64,000 nucleotides of DNA, from positions 248,001 to 312,000 of the forward strand of contig MU004195.1 of the NCBI GenBank assembly GCA_010093605.1, given 5' to 3'. The stretch comes from Lophium mytilinum (lineage: Eukaryota). This document shows positions 25,017-37,165 of this stretch, in pieces. The notes under the pieces are model-generated. The model did no database searches. It was given only the letters and a program-made list of their open reading frames with translations, and was not told the DNA's origin. Within the stretch, counting starts at the first letter, position 1. Each line of letters opens with the position of its first letter. Made by a program: the position numbers and the translations under genes.

Positions 25017-26957
25017 TCATACATCAATCTCCTTCTTCTCCCCGCCACCACCCTCTTCTCGTAACTCCGCTTGCGTCACAGGCACATCCTTCGCTTCACT
25101 AGCCTCCTCTCCCTCGCCCTCCCCATCCCCAACGCTCTCCTCCCCCTTTGGCCCCTCGTGGCCCTGCGTCCCAATCCTCAACCAAAACACGAGCGGCACA
25201 CTTGCCGCACTCGCTGCCATACCGAACCAGAAAACAGCCGCATACGGTTGATACGGATCATTCCCATAATACCCCGACCTCGCCGGGCTCGCGTTCACGG
25301 CATTGAAGATCGCGGTCGCGACGCCAAAGCCGACGGCGATGCAGAGCTTCGTCACGGTTTGGAAGATGGAGCCCGCGATGGATTGGCGTTCCGGTGGTAG
25401 GGACGAGAGGACGTACATCTGTGAGACGTTAGCGGTGGGAACGAAGGGGGGGTTAGGCGAGCAGGGAAGTGTCTTACGTTGGCGACGTTAAATTCCAGAT
25501 CTGCGCCTATGACTGAGAAAATGAGAGCTGGGAAGATGAAGGCCCAGTAGGAGTCGCTATGGCGGTTGACGGCAGCGAGGAGGAAGCAGAGTGTGTAGGA
25601 GCAGGCACCGACGCCCATGAGTAGCTTGTTGGAGACTTTGTGGAGGATTAGGGCGGCGATGACCTGGTCGGGGTTAGTACACTTCGGGCCGTTAGAGGAG
25701 TGGGGATGTGGGGGAGGACGTACGTTCGCGATGAGGCCCATGATGGCCATTGGTAGCATGTGGACGGCGGTGTTGAGGGCGGACATATGCTCTACGCGTT
25801 GCAGATAGAGCGCTACCCAGAAGGAGAGGATTGGGAAGGCAAGGAAGCCAAGGAGCATTATTGATATGAGCTGTGTGTAGTTAGTAATTTGCCGTTGGGA
25901 TGTCAATGATTGGTAAAATACTCACGAGGGAGAAATCCCGGTCTCTCCATATGTTCATTGGTATCATCGCGTGCTCGTACTTGTTCTCCCAAACGATGAA
26001 CAGCCCTATTGCTAATATTCCGAGGATCAGCAGGACGAGCACGTAAGGTGTCTTCCATCCGTCTGATGCATCACCGCCGAGGCTACGATGGATTAGCAAA
26101 CTTCAGAAGTGTGGATGACCAAGTGGACGACGTACCTGAGAGACGCAGAGAACATACCAATGCCAGCAATGGTCAACACCGTCCCAACTATATCGAACTT
26201 CTTCAGAGTCTCCCACGTTAAAGGCTTTTTGGCCGACGTGTCGTTCGGAACTGTAAAGAATGCAATCACCGTGAAAACTAGATATATGATGGCTAACAGC
26301 CAGAAAGACGCGCGCCAACTGAACAAGTGCGTCGCAATGCCTGAGAATATCGAGCCAAAAACAAATCCGAGAGGGTTGCCGGCGCTGAAGCACGCAAAGA
26401 CCTTATTTTTCCTCTTGGAAGGCTTCTCGTAGATAACGCCGAGAATACCTTGTGCTGGAGGCACAGCAGACGCTGAAAAAACGCCCATAACGCCGTTTAT
26501 TATGTCGAGCGTAAGGCCTGTTTTCGAGAATCCTGCGGCGAGGCAGAAGACGGAAAATAAGCCCATGCTTCCTATGAACATAGCTTTACGACCGAAAAGA
26601 TCTGCTACACTTCCGAAGAAGAGAAGGAGAGATCCAGATGAGAGTCTGTAAACTTTCGTTAGCTGGAGGGTATAGTGAGGAAGCTTAATATACTCACGCT
26701 GAAGAGGCACTGATCCACGTGATCTCAGCGTTCGTCATCTTTAAATCTTTGCCAATAAAAGAGGTAATAACCGTAATTGCCCCTATAGTGAAAGAATTCA
26801 TCCCAATAGCCATGGTACAGCTGAGGACGAATAGCATTTCTTGAATAGTAGACCTGAAGCATTCAGGCCGTTCCCCACTGCTGGCCTTCATCCTCATTGT
26901 AACAGTTGCTTCGGCAGGCATGTTAGAGTCCCCTAAATCTGAATTTGCTCGCGACAT
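25017..26957 (-). CDS. MFS drug:H+ antiporter (DHA2/EmrB-like), 6 exons
   Basis: LLFFGSVADLFGRK, FSAGNPLGFVFG, SWRASFW, KFDIVG; five canonical introns keep frame. Confidence 0.9.
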
Positions 26958-27392
26958 GCTTTCGTGTCGAGATTTTCGTTGTTCGTCGATGTCAAGGTGA
27001 AACTTAAGAGGGTGCGTAGATTACAAGAGACTTTGAACACGAGAACGAGGTATTATAAAAGACGAAGACATCGCGACAGCCATCTTGAATCCTTCACTGA
27101 CGTTGGCAATGAGGAACTTCAGCGCGCGGCTTATCAATGTGGAGATTGTCAGAAACCGCGGAATCAATTTCCTCTTGCACTTGGTAATTAAGCTCGGCAA
27201 CTTATTACCCTGCTAGACCTATGCTGGCCGTTCGCGCCTGGCCTATGGGGCTAATGAGCTATACGGCTGTGGGGTTAGCTTGATGAGGCAAGGCATGCCC
27301 ATGACTCGTTCATGCGTTTTGTAAATGTGTGCGGAACTCATCCGACGGGGTTTGTAATTGCTCCAGCCTCGTCACATTTGGGTATACATACA

Positions 27393-28448
27393 TTACAATT
27401 TATACACTTGCCAGCCTCTTAGATCCATTTGGCTCAGCACACCTCCAAGAGGCCCTTGGACTTCTCGCCCGCCAATCCACAGCTTCTTGCCAGCCCAATG
27501 CTCGATGAAGCCATCAGGTCCGGACACCAGGATTACCTTCCCTTCCTTCGAGGGTGCGCCATCATTCTGATCCGATAGCTTCAAATGCCTGGCGACGTTC
27601 ACGGGCTTGATGAAGTTCCTCTCGTCATCGACAAAGTATTCCACACCCAGCCCGCTGCCATGTGATTTCGAGCTGTCTTTCATCGCCTCCAATTCCTTGA
27701 CTATGACCCCCTGCTTCGCCGGTGGAGTCGCAGATTCCTGCGTGAGGACTGGCTCCTCCAACCCAAACATGCTCCTCCATCCCGATACGCGCCCTGGCGG
27801 TGCCGCCTGGAGACCGTCGCTCTGTCCACCAACACAATCCTCTCTATTCCGGTTTGCCCATAGTATATGCAGTCGAGCTCCCGGCTTGCTCCTCAGCGCA
27901 TGCGCAACCTGCATCGCAGGCGCAATCCCCGTCCCTCCAGCTAGGAATAATACCTCTTTCGTATCATGCGGAAGCTCGTGCTCCACGTTTGGTCCCCGTA
28001 ACTCAACTGTTGACTGCTCCGGCAGCTTGTGCACATATGTAGAGACCTCGCCTCCCTCCTCTTTCCGTATGAGTAACCTTAACTCCTGTGTCTCGTCATG
28101 CTCGCCCTCTGACCTCCCCGCATGCGGGGGCAGTGGTGTATAAGCCCTCGCAATCTGCAATTGTGGCTGTTTGACCTGCACGCTCCATACCGAGCGTTTC
28201 CACACGTCCTTCAGCGATTCGGGGTCTGGAGATCCGGAACGGTTGCGCAACGTGAATATTGTGCTAGTGGAGGAGATGGGCTGTTTCGAGACGAGTGTAT
28301 ACGGCGTGAAGGAGTGCGGGTTTAGGGATGTGTCGTCCGAGTCGGAGGTGGTGCCGTATCTGTATGCTGCACCTCCGAGAGCACTGGTCCCGAGGACTAC
28401 CAGCATTCCTGATTGCGGGCGGACGATAATTGAAGGAGCTGACCCCAT
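27393..28448 (-). CDS. CYC2: Cyc2-like mitochondrial flavoprotein (cytochrome b5 reductase fold); an upstream exon may be missing
   Basis: FTPYTLVSKQPISSTS, VWSVQVKQPQLQIARAYTPLPP, GGEVSTYVHKL, FLAGGTGIAP, VSGPDGF, QGPLGGVL. Confidence 0.78.
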   Translation of the reverse strand: MGSAPSIIVRPQSGMLVVLGTSALGGAAYRYGTTSDSDDTSLNPHSFTPYTLVSKQPISSTSTIFTLRNRSGSPDPESLKDVWKRSVWSVQVKQPQLQIARAYTPLPPHAGRSEGEHDETQELRLLIRKEEGGEVSTYVHKLPEQSTVELRGPNVEHELPHDTKEVLFLAGGTGIAPAMQVAHALRSKPGARLHILWANRNREDCVGGQSDGLQAAPPGRVSGWRSMFGLEEPVLTQESATPPAKQGVIVKELEAMKDSSKSHGSGLGVEYFVDDERNFIKPVNVARHLKLSDQNDGAPSKEGKVILVSGPDGFIEHWAGKKLWIGGREVQGPLGGVLSQMDLRGWQVYKL

Positions 28449-28883
28449 GTTGAACGCATATATCAGTGCCTTGGAGTTATCACTGAGGTGTAAAGGAGTG
28501 TATGGGTGTCAAGACATCATGATGGTGGCGTGTTGGGGAATTGGAGGTGCCATCAGCCCGTGATCGTCTCGGAACCGCGTGGTCTAAGCTCTGTGACGCC
28601 AAGATATAGAAATATGTGAGCACTGTGTTAACATCTTTGATGCGTGACACTGAATTATAGAGCGCGGTCGATTCAACTCGCACGCGAGGGTGTGTTGACA
28701 GGCGAAGAGATTGATTGCCTATCATTGCACATCATACTTAGGCCATGTGATCTCAGGGGCGTGTGCAACCTTAAAAATCGTTCTATTTGGCTCCTGAATT
28801 GTGATATTCGTATAATACAGCCTCATTCTATGAATGAGGAGTGTTCTATTTTACAGATTATTCTTTCTTCTGTCTTCAGTATC

Positions 28884-29941
28884 CTACAGCCTCAATAGTT
28901 CCCCGCCTTGTCTAATGCCGCCTCGGAACATGTCTCGAATGACCCGTCCGCCAAATATGGTTTCGTCTATTATGCCTTCAACATGTTCTGGAGCAACTCT
29001 GCCGTACCATATTCCAGTTCCGGCTAGATTATTCTTCTGAAACGAGGGAGGTATGTAGATGATCACGTTTCCGGCGTATTTATGGCCGCCGATATGGCTT
29101 ATGAGGCCTACGCGTGCGCACTTCGTATTCTGATCGTCTTCTGGCGATGGTGATCCAATACGGATCCCCTTCTTGTGGAGCTTCTCTTCGAACTCGGAGC
29201 GAAGCAGCGGCCCCATGATGCCACATCGCTCGTCTCTGCCACCATGACCGCAGATAAGAACGAGTAATTCATTTACATCCCGGACATTCGCGAACTGCGT
29301 CTCCAGTATTGGATCCCTGGTGAGCACCTCTTTCTGAGTCTCTAAGAGGACGTTGTGCGCGCTGTGAAGCGTGGTGGGTTTCAAAAAGCCCTTTACGAAG
29401 CTCTCTACAACACTTGGCTTGGTGGATATGGAAGGTATATAGCGGAAGCTCGGGAGCAGGTATACGGACGTCTCGGTGGTCTCGGTGGGCGCAGACGCGC
29501 TGGGTTGGAAAGAAGAGTTCGTGACCAATACGTTATGGAATGGCTGTGTCGCTAGCTGTCAGCAAAAAGCTTCTTTCTAAGAGCGGGAATGGGGAACGGA
29601 CGGACGTCATTGAACTTTCCTCCTCTTCCCAAGAAGCCCTTTAGAGACTTAGCAAGGTGGTCCTCGTCCTCGATTCTGCTACTCCAGTCGTCCCTCCCAG
29701 TTGAGACGAGGACTTGCTCCGCGTACGCTGCCATTTTTCCATTGAGAGGCTCTTCTCGGTCAATGTCCAGGTTTTCCGGGGCTGCACGACATGCGCATGT
29801 TGGCGAAGGGCATGACTCTATTACTGGAAACGGCGGAGGGACGTGGATTCGAGATCGCGCCCCGGACGAGGCATACCGGGATTGGAATACCAATGATGCA
29901 CGAATAGGCCTTGACACCCTACCCCAGCATCGTAGATACAT
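28884..29941 (-). CDS. AIM32: Thioredoxin-like ferredoxin (Aim32/Apd1, sucrase-ferredoxin family); intron 29544-29605
   Basis: ICGHGGRDERCG, SHIGGHKYAGNVIIY, GIWYGRV (2Cys-2His 2Fe-2S ligand pattern); Arg/Ser-rich presequence favours Aim32 over Apd1. Confidence 0.8.
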
Positions 29942-30089
29942 AGTATATAGACGAAAGAAGGCAGGCTGGGGAGCAGAACTTTGTTATGAAGTGCTGCCTA
30001 GTTAGAAGAGCGGAAGCATTCCGCTCCGCATCCCTAACTTCACACTACCAACTCCGAGTTCATCTCCATCATCTCCGCACTCCCCTTCG

Positions 30090-32337
30090 ATGGACACCTC
30101 TACTTCAACTGATGAACTTTGTACACATTGCCGTGAAAACAGCATAGGAGAGGACCTTGCCACCTTCAACGGGCCGGTCGTCCGTATCGGCTCCGCATCT
30201 TCGGGCTTCACTAGCAGTAAAGTGACCATACAATTTGGGACTCTTGGGGAGATAAAAGGCCGCCTTCACTGTCCTTTCTGCAGGCTAGTCACACGTATCG
30301 CTCCCTCGGATGAATCAGAGCAACAAGCTATTAAGGGCCGACTCTCGTGGGAAGACAATCTAAATGATGCCGGAAAACCACGTCAACTCGTACACATATA
30401 CGCATCAGTCGGCAGTCTCGTAAGCGGGCGATTCATTAGTCATGGCAACGGACATTTTGGCTCAATACGGAATAAATGTCATGCTGGCTCCCATTGTTTC
30501 GATGATGCTGGACTCCCAAGAGCACTAGATTTCGACGCCATTCGCCAGGCTTATGAAGATTGCAAATTAGACCACGATCCTTCACCTCTCGAGAGCTTCT
30601 CTCGGTACTCTTCTGCTATAGACATCACTCTTATTTACGTCAAGCGTGAATGCCTGGTGAGAGCCTCTACAAGAGACAGGTTTCTGACCCTCAGTTATGT
30701 ATGGGCTAACGCCCCGACATTCCAGTCTACATCCGCAAATCGGTCGAAACTCGGCGTGAAAGGGAGTCTGAGCGGGGACCAAGTGGTACTCCCGAATACG
30801 ATTCGCGACGCTATAGAGTTGACGCGAAAGCTTGATGAGCGTTATCTATGGGTTGACGCCTGTAAAGCTCCTTGATAACTTGTCCTATGTGAGCAAGCTA
30901 ACACTTCTAGTATGTATTGAGCAAGACAACGTCGCTCAAAAGCACAGCCAGGTCTCACAGATGGACATTATCTACAGTCAATCAACGTTGACTATTGTTG
31001 CGTATGATGGCAAAAACTCTGCCTGGCGGATCCCGGGCCTACGTGACTGGACGCTCTTGCCAGATGAGGTTGCCATGAACGTGAAAGACGGGTGTTTGCA
31101 CGGCAAACCTCACATTAGAGATCCGACGCTAACCTACGATACACGCGCATGGACTTTCCAAGAAGTTTTGCTGTCCAAAAGACGTCTTATCTTCACGGAC
31201 TTTGGTGCCTCTTTTCACTGTGCTCATTTTGCAGGGAATGTTTTAATCAACTATGTCATGAAGGTGACCTCCGATGGACCACGTCAAAACCTATTACAGC
31301 TTCGGGCCCCTTGGTTTTTTGATCTGGGAGCTACTTTGCCAAAAGTCCTGCACTCGACTGGGCCTGACCGTGGCTCCAGAGATGCCACCTGGTTAGCATA
31401 CTTTGCTAGTTATGCGGCATTAGTTGAACAGTACTCTCAATGAAAACTTACATATCCAGCCGATGCGCTAAACGCTTTCTCAGGGCTTGCTGGCCTTTAC
31501 AAGAATCAGTTTGGAGGCGAAATAATTTGTGGGTTACCAGAAAGAGTATTGGATATTGCCTTGCTGTGGATTTTCAGTCACGAGGAGTACAAAGATGAGC
31601 TTGACCAAGGTACACCACGGAAGGAGTCCTTCCCAAGCTAGTCTTGGGCTGGGTGGCTTGTTGCTGTCACTTACCTCCGTGGCCCCGTATCTTATTCGTA
31701 TACCAATTGGGACACTTGGCCGAAATCGGCGCCATTGCCACCACTGCGTACTGAGTTAAGCCATCTTCAATGCTCCCATCAAACTCCAAGACGAACGATC
31801 AAAAACGACTATTTGAGCATTACTCCACGTAAAGCCGATCCACCTCCTTATCTTAATCCCGACATCACCTTGGCCTTTGACGTGTTACATTTCACTGCTG
31901 AGATCACCAAACGGAGTTCTTCTTTTTTCACCCGTATGCAATCAACACGTGAGCTGCTAGCAGGAAAAATGTTCTATTCCCCACACTGGACACCACTTTT
32001 TGATTCCGAATCTATGGCTCATCATTGCGGAGTGCTTTACGCTGGCGATCGCGTTCCCATATTACATCCAGATGACGGTAGTTATGACTATATTTTGCTG
32101 TCACGAAGTTTGTATCCAGGAGACACGGCCGACAGTAAGTTCCCTAAAGAGTTTTCACGTAGCGATGCCATATTCGATCATGAGCTTTACAAACCTTCGA
32201 AACGGTGTCTCTCAAACATCATGCTCATCCGATGGAATTCGAGCCGAACGCGTGCGGAGCGAGTTGCTATAGGTCAGGTCCACGAAAAGGCGTGGGAAGA
32301 TGCGAATCCGCAGAAGAAATACGTCGAACTAGTATAA
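30090..32337 (+). pseudogene. HET-domain (heterokaryon incompatibility) gene with two in-frame stops; intron 30862-30910
   Basis: FLTLSYVW, LPNTIRDAI, YLWVDALCIEQD, MDIIYSQSTLTIVA, TRAWTFQE; TGA 31441-31443 and TAG 31639-31641 interrupt an otherwise continuous frame. Confidence 0.85.
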
Positions 32338-32910
32338 GACTCAAGGATCAACGAACTTTGAAGATAATTAGTCAGAGAGTCTTGATTCACGGTCGTACTC
32401 CTCCGGCGATGGGTAGCATTTTGATAGGGATAGCGTTGTACGCGCCACCCCCCCCTGAAAAGATGCACAAACCCCTCGTAATATGCTAGCCGGTGGAAAG
32501 GGCAGCATGTATATCGTTACAATCTTGCTTTTAGTTTAGCCATCTGATCATCACCCGGAACTCTACGACTAATGCGCTAGTCTAGAATATGACTTGCTAC
32601 ATTTGACAAAATAGGGAACTCAGGCAAGCGAGGCGCGAGCCCGGCCCACCTACTCAACCTACATGAGAACACGATTCGCCAAAACATTGTGATCGTTGGT
32701 TCCTTATCCTAGTTGAATAGTCCAAGATGCACTAACGTCTCTTCGTGTGGGTTACAGGTTGCAATTGATGGTAGTACTCCTACATGGTGGAGACCATTCC
32801 AAAACTCTCGAAATAATACTAATATATCAATTAACTTTAGAGCAAAGCAAGACGAGAGCACATACATCAGTTTCCAAGTTTCAAGCTATCTAACATCAGG
32901 AATCTCAGCA

Positions 32911-35047
32911 ATGGATCACCCTCCTCCGCCCTTCCCGAATTTACAAAAGCTAGCCGAAGGCGATTCCCCGCCTCAAGGACCAAAGTTCACACCCGACTGG
33001 TCAACCGTACACCCAGAACAGAAATGGCACATTCTTTGGCATCAGAAACGTTTTACTCTATGGGCTCTGTATAGCGCCATCGGGGGCGTTATGTTTGGTG
33101 AGATGCTTCCTTAGATTTACCGACTTCCTGTCCTCCTTCGTCTTTCCTATCGCTCCCTACTAATACGACCACAGGCTTCGACTTCGGACTGGCAGGGACA
33201 CTTACCGCTCTGCCCGCTTTCCAACGCGTGTATGGAAAGCCATACGCTTCACAATCCTCTGGATATCTAGTTCCAGCGAACTATCAGTCTGGCTGGGCTG
33301 GCATCTCGATGGGCGGATTAATAGTTGGTGTCTTGCTTGGTGGGCAGCTGCTCGAGCGTTTGGGCCGAAGACACTCGCTAGCGATGGGAGCGGGATTGAC
33401 TGGGATTGGGGTTGGGATACAGCTAGGAAGTGTGGAGTGGAAACTCTTTCTGGGTGGGAGAGGGGTTGCCGGTAGGCTACGTCGATGACCGATAGAAGCT
33501 ACCTTTACTAATAAACTCATGATAGCAATCGGTTTCGGCCTTGCACTAACAGAGTTCCCGGTGTGGATCGGCGAAAATGCCCGAGACGAGTTAAGAGGAT
33601 TGTACCTGTGCTTGATCAATGGCTCGATCGTTCTTGGGCAGTCTGCTCTTGCGTACGCGACTGCGTTTCCTCTTTAGCAGGTTCTACTCGATAGACTCTT
33701 TGCTGACAATATTTTCCCAACCAGGTGGTGTGCAAAGGGGACGTCAGCCATTGAAGGGGTGTGGTCATATCGTGCGCTCATTGTGCTCCAATTCGTGTTC
33801 GTCGGTGCGTAAATTCTCTCTTGCCTTGAGCTGAGGCCTATAGACACAACGCCATACTCATCATGTAATCCAGTGATCCTCGTCGGAGGATACCCATTCT
33901 ACCCCGAATCGCCACACTACCTCCTTTCCAAAGACCAGACGGCAAAAGCTACGAAAGCACTAACCCAAATTCATGGTTCTGGTGACCCTTCTCTCATCGA
34001 CGCCGAACTCTCCAGAATCTCAGCGAACGTCCGTTCTAGCAAAGAAGTACAAGCATCCGCTGCGCAGAAAGGCCCTCTACTACTCCAATGCTTCCGCGGC
34101 ACGAACCTAGTAAGAATCACATGAGACCGACCCTTTGAGCCGCCTCATGATGATTTGATTCGTAGAAACGTACTGCAATAGCCATCCTCCCCGTCGCCGC
34201 CCAACAACTGATCGGCGCTCCTTTTGTCCTCGGCTACGTGACCTACTTCCTCGAACTCATCGGCATTACAGAGTACTTCATAGTCTCAACCGTGCTATAC
34301 GCTGTCATGCTACTAGCAAACATCTCCGCCTTCTTCTTCATCGAAACAGCAGGAAGGCGGCCGCTGATCGTATACGGGACCGTCATATTGACATTGCTAC
34401 TCATACTTATGGGCATCGTGGGCTACATCTCTATGTCTGCGGCGAAGTGGGCTGTTGTGGTGTTGATATTTCTGTGGTGAGTTACTTTCATATGCTACCC
34501 GTTTTCTGTTCCAGCAACGATTGATGCAAGACTTCACGTGAATGAGGTTAATGAGAATTTTCAGGTCAATCGTCTTCCAACTCACCCTCGGCGCCATCGG
34601 CTTCGCCATCGGATCCGAAATCTCCTCGCTGCCCCTCCGCGCTTCCACGCAGTCTATCGTCGGCGTCACGCAGGGGTTCATGGGCTGGCTTGTCGGTTTC
34701 ATATCTCCATATCTCATCAATCCCGATGCGGGAAACTTAGGCGCGAAAGTCGGGTTCGTTTTTGCAGGCTTTGGCGTGCCGCTTTGCGTAGCGTTCTGGT
34801 TCCTGATTCCTGAGACGAAGGGGCTCGGTTTTGATGATGTGAGTTTTGCAATATTCATTTGTCGGGAAGGAAGAGAGAAAGCTGAACTGGGATACAGATG
34901 GATTACCTATTTGCGCGAAAGGTGCCGTGCCGCAGGTTCAGTGAGGAGATTCGGCAGCGGAGGGCGGCAGAGGTGCCTGCGACTTTAGATAAAGAGAAAG
35001 GCGGACGAACTGGTGAAGCGCAACCTGTCGTACAGGTTGAGGTCTAG
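32911..35047 (+). CDS. MFS sugar porter (maltose-permease-like), 8 exons
   Basis: ERLGRR, ENARDELRG, PESP, QQLIG, ETAGRRPL, EISSLPLRA, PETKG; seven GT-AG introns give an intact frame. Confidence 0.9.
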
Positions 35048-37165
35048 GGGTTATAAGTCACCTGGTGGGCACGTACCGATCACCTGAGGGGTAGTATAAG
35101 AAAACATTTTCTGAGGCTGAGAGCTAAATACAACGTGGAGGAAGCAGAATTTGTAGGCGTACAAAATTCCAGTACACTCCAATCATGTCCTGGTGGTGGC
35201 GGTCGAGAACTGAAGATGACAACGTACGATGTTTGCCGGCAAGTTCGGAAGTTTTCAGCAACGGGTTGGTCATACTATCATTACCTTCCGGTGATGCTAT
35301 GTAGCTACGGCCTTTGTTAGTTAGCAAGGTCACAAGCGGGGGTAATTGCGATCCCTCCACGCTCTTTCTCAATGATATGCATTGCTAGCGGCGGAAGATG
35401 AATTGGATCATCAATCCTAACTTGAGCACCGAACACTCTCCACCACATTAGCCAGTCCACCAGTTGTTTTGATCCAACGCCGGACGCGAACCACACGAGC
35501 GTTCGCCTGATCGATTTTATCCACCCCACACACTCCATTGTCAGCTTTGGGTGTTCTCATTTGATCCCCCGTCGCCAGCTGTCCATGGAGAAGAAGCAGT
35601 TGATGAGCTGTGGGAAAAGATTTTATACCTGGAGGAGAAGAGGAAGCACGTGATTTATGGATGAATTTCTTGATGTTCTTGGGTTCGTCATCGCTATGGC
35701 GTGTGATATCATCATGAGATGATACCTCTATTTACAGGTGAACCGATTCGTCCAATCAATTATAACGCCCTGGTCAGCTCAATAAAACGATCGATTTGAT
35801 AAAGAATTCCTGCACGGCACTGGTATCATTCATTGGCTGTAATCAAGCTATCTTCGCAGTGCCCCAGCCTTAGATATTATCGCGTAGTATTTCCTCCGGG
35901 GGATCGAGATGCTGTTCTTCCGCCACGAGAAGCGTTTGTCTCTAACCCTGCAAAACCCTCACTCTTCTAACCAGTGAAAGCTCTCTCATCAGCTTCTAGT
36001 ATTGTGATTTACCCTTGCAGCCACCGATATGTTGGATTAACCACACAGCATGCGGCCATAGGCTGTATCCGATCGCATTGATATACTTTCCCGCTGCAGA
36101 CCAGATATTTGGACGTTCTTTGCATGGAACCTACCAGAGCGAGTAGATAAGCTAAGCGATTCCCTCTGATTGACGCGATAACGTTGGGCCTAAGCAAGCG
36201 GATGAAGGGCCGGAGGGACAGCCGATGGGTGATACAAATGTATTAAGGGGACGACTTGGTGCTCTTATTTCAGTTCTCCTTGAACAGTCTCTGATTATCA
36301 TATAAGACTTCCAAAGCCGAGCGCTTTGCTCTGGGTACTTGGCAAGATCAGGCTTCACACATGCACATGCTGAGATGCTGTTTCGTGAGCCTATCCCTAA
36401 TTGTACCGGTTTTTCGAATCAAGCGGTCAAACGATGTCTGGATAAAGCTTCTCTGAACTGCGTTATAGATTCCGAATAATCCCGGCTGGGTTCACGCAAA
36501 AAAGCCGCCGAGAAGTTTCACGATTCATGGACCAGGCCTCTCGCTACCGACCGAACTCAGCTCTAGGCGTCATGGCTATCGAACAACCACATTCTATTCT
36601 AAGTGTCGAATGCTTCTGGAGACAATGAGAGATGAACGATGTCAAAACCGAATTCCAACAAAAGATCTTCTTCTCATTAACGACAAGGGCCGTTTTGAGC
36701 CGCGAGACACACTAGGATGCATGAGGCAGGTAGTTTCTTTTTCCTTGAATCGTCTCAACCGCCTTCGGCATAGCGAGTGCCGAAGCACCAATTGAACTGT
36801 CTTTTCCCCACATCTGAAGATCCTCTGGCAGACCTTCACCACTCCACCATGGACAGAATGGACGGGCCCTCCGGCCGCTCTGCTAGCAACCGTGGCCCTA
36901 GGGATCGTCGGCTTTGTGCCTGGTGTCACGAGAGCACTCGACCGAGGCCTTGGTTGCGCTCCACTGGTCCCCGCATTTCAAACATCCTTACGTTTAAGAA
37001 ACTTCGGCCCTTCTCCATCTTTTTTTTGACTGTGTGCGAACCTGAGTGGAGCCCTCCGTCTTCACCACTCCTCTTCCCTCAAACGCTTTTGAAAGCATTG
37101 AGCTTCCCAGCCACCCCGTAGTACTGCAATTGCACGCTGCGCAGTGACTACCGCCACTATCCACC

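Noticed and set aside
31441..31641. Programmed stop readthrough or selenocysteine in the HET gene
   Set aside because: Two different stops at Arg and Trp positions fit point mutation better. A-to-I editing could repair the TAG but would turn the TGA into Trp rather than Arg; not excluded without RNA data
35100..36400. Possible decayed gene between the sugar transporters
   Set aside because: No motif recognised in the frames I translated
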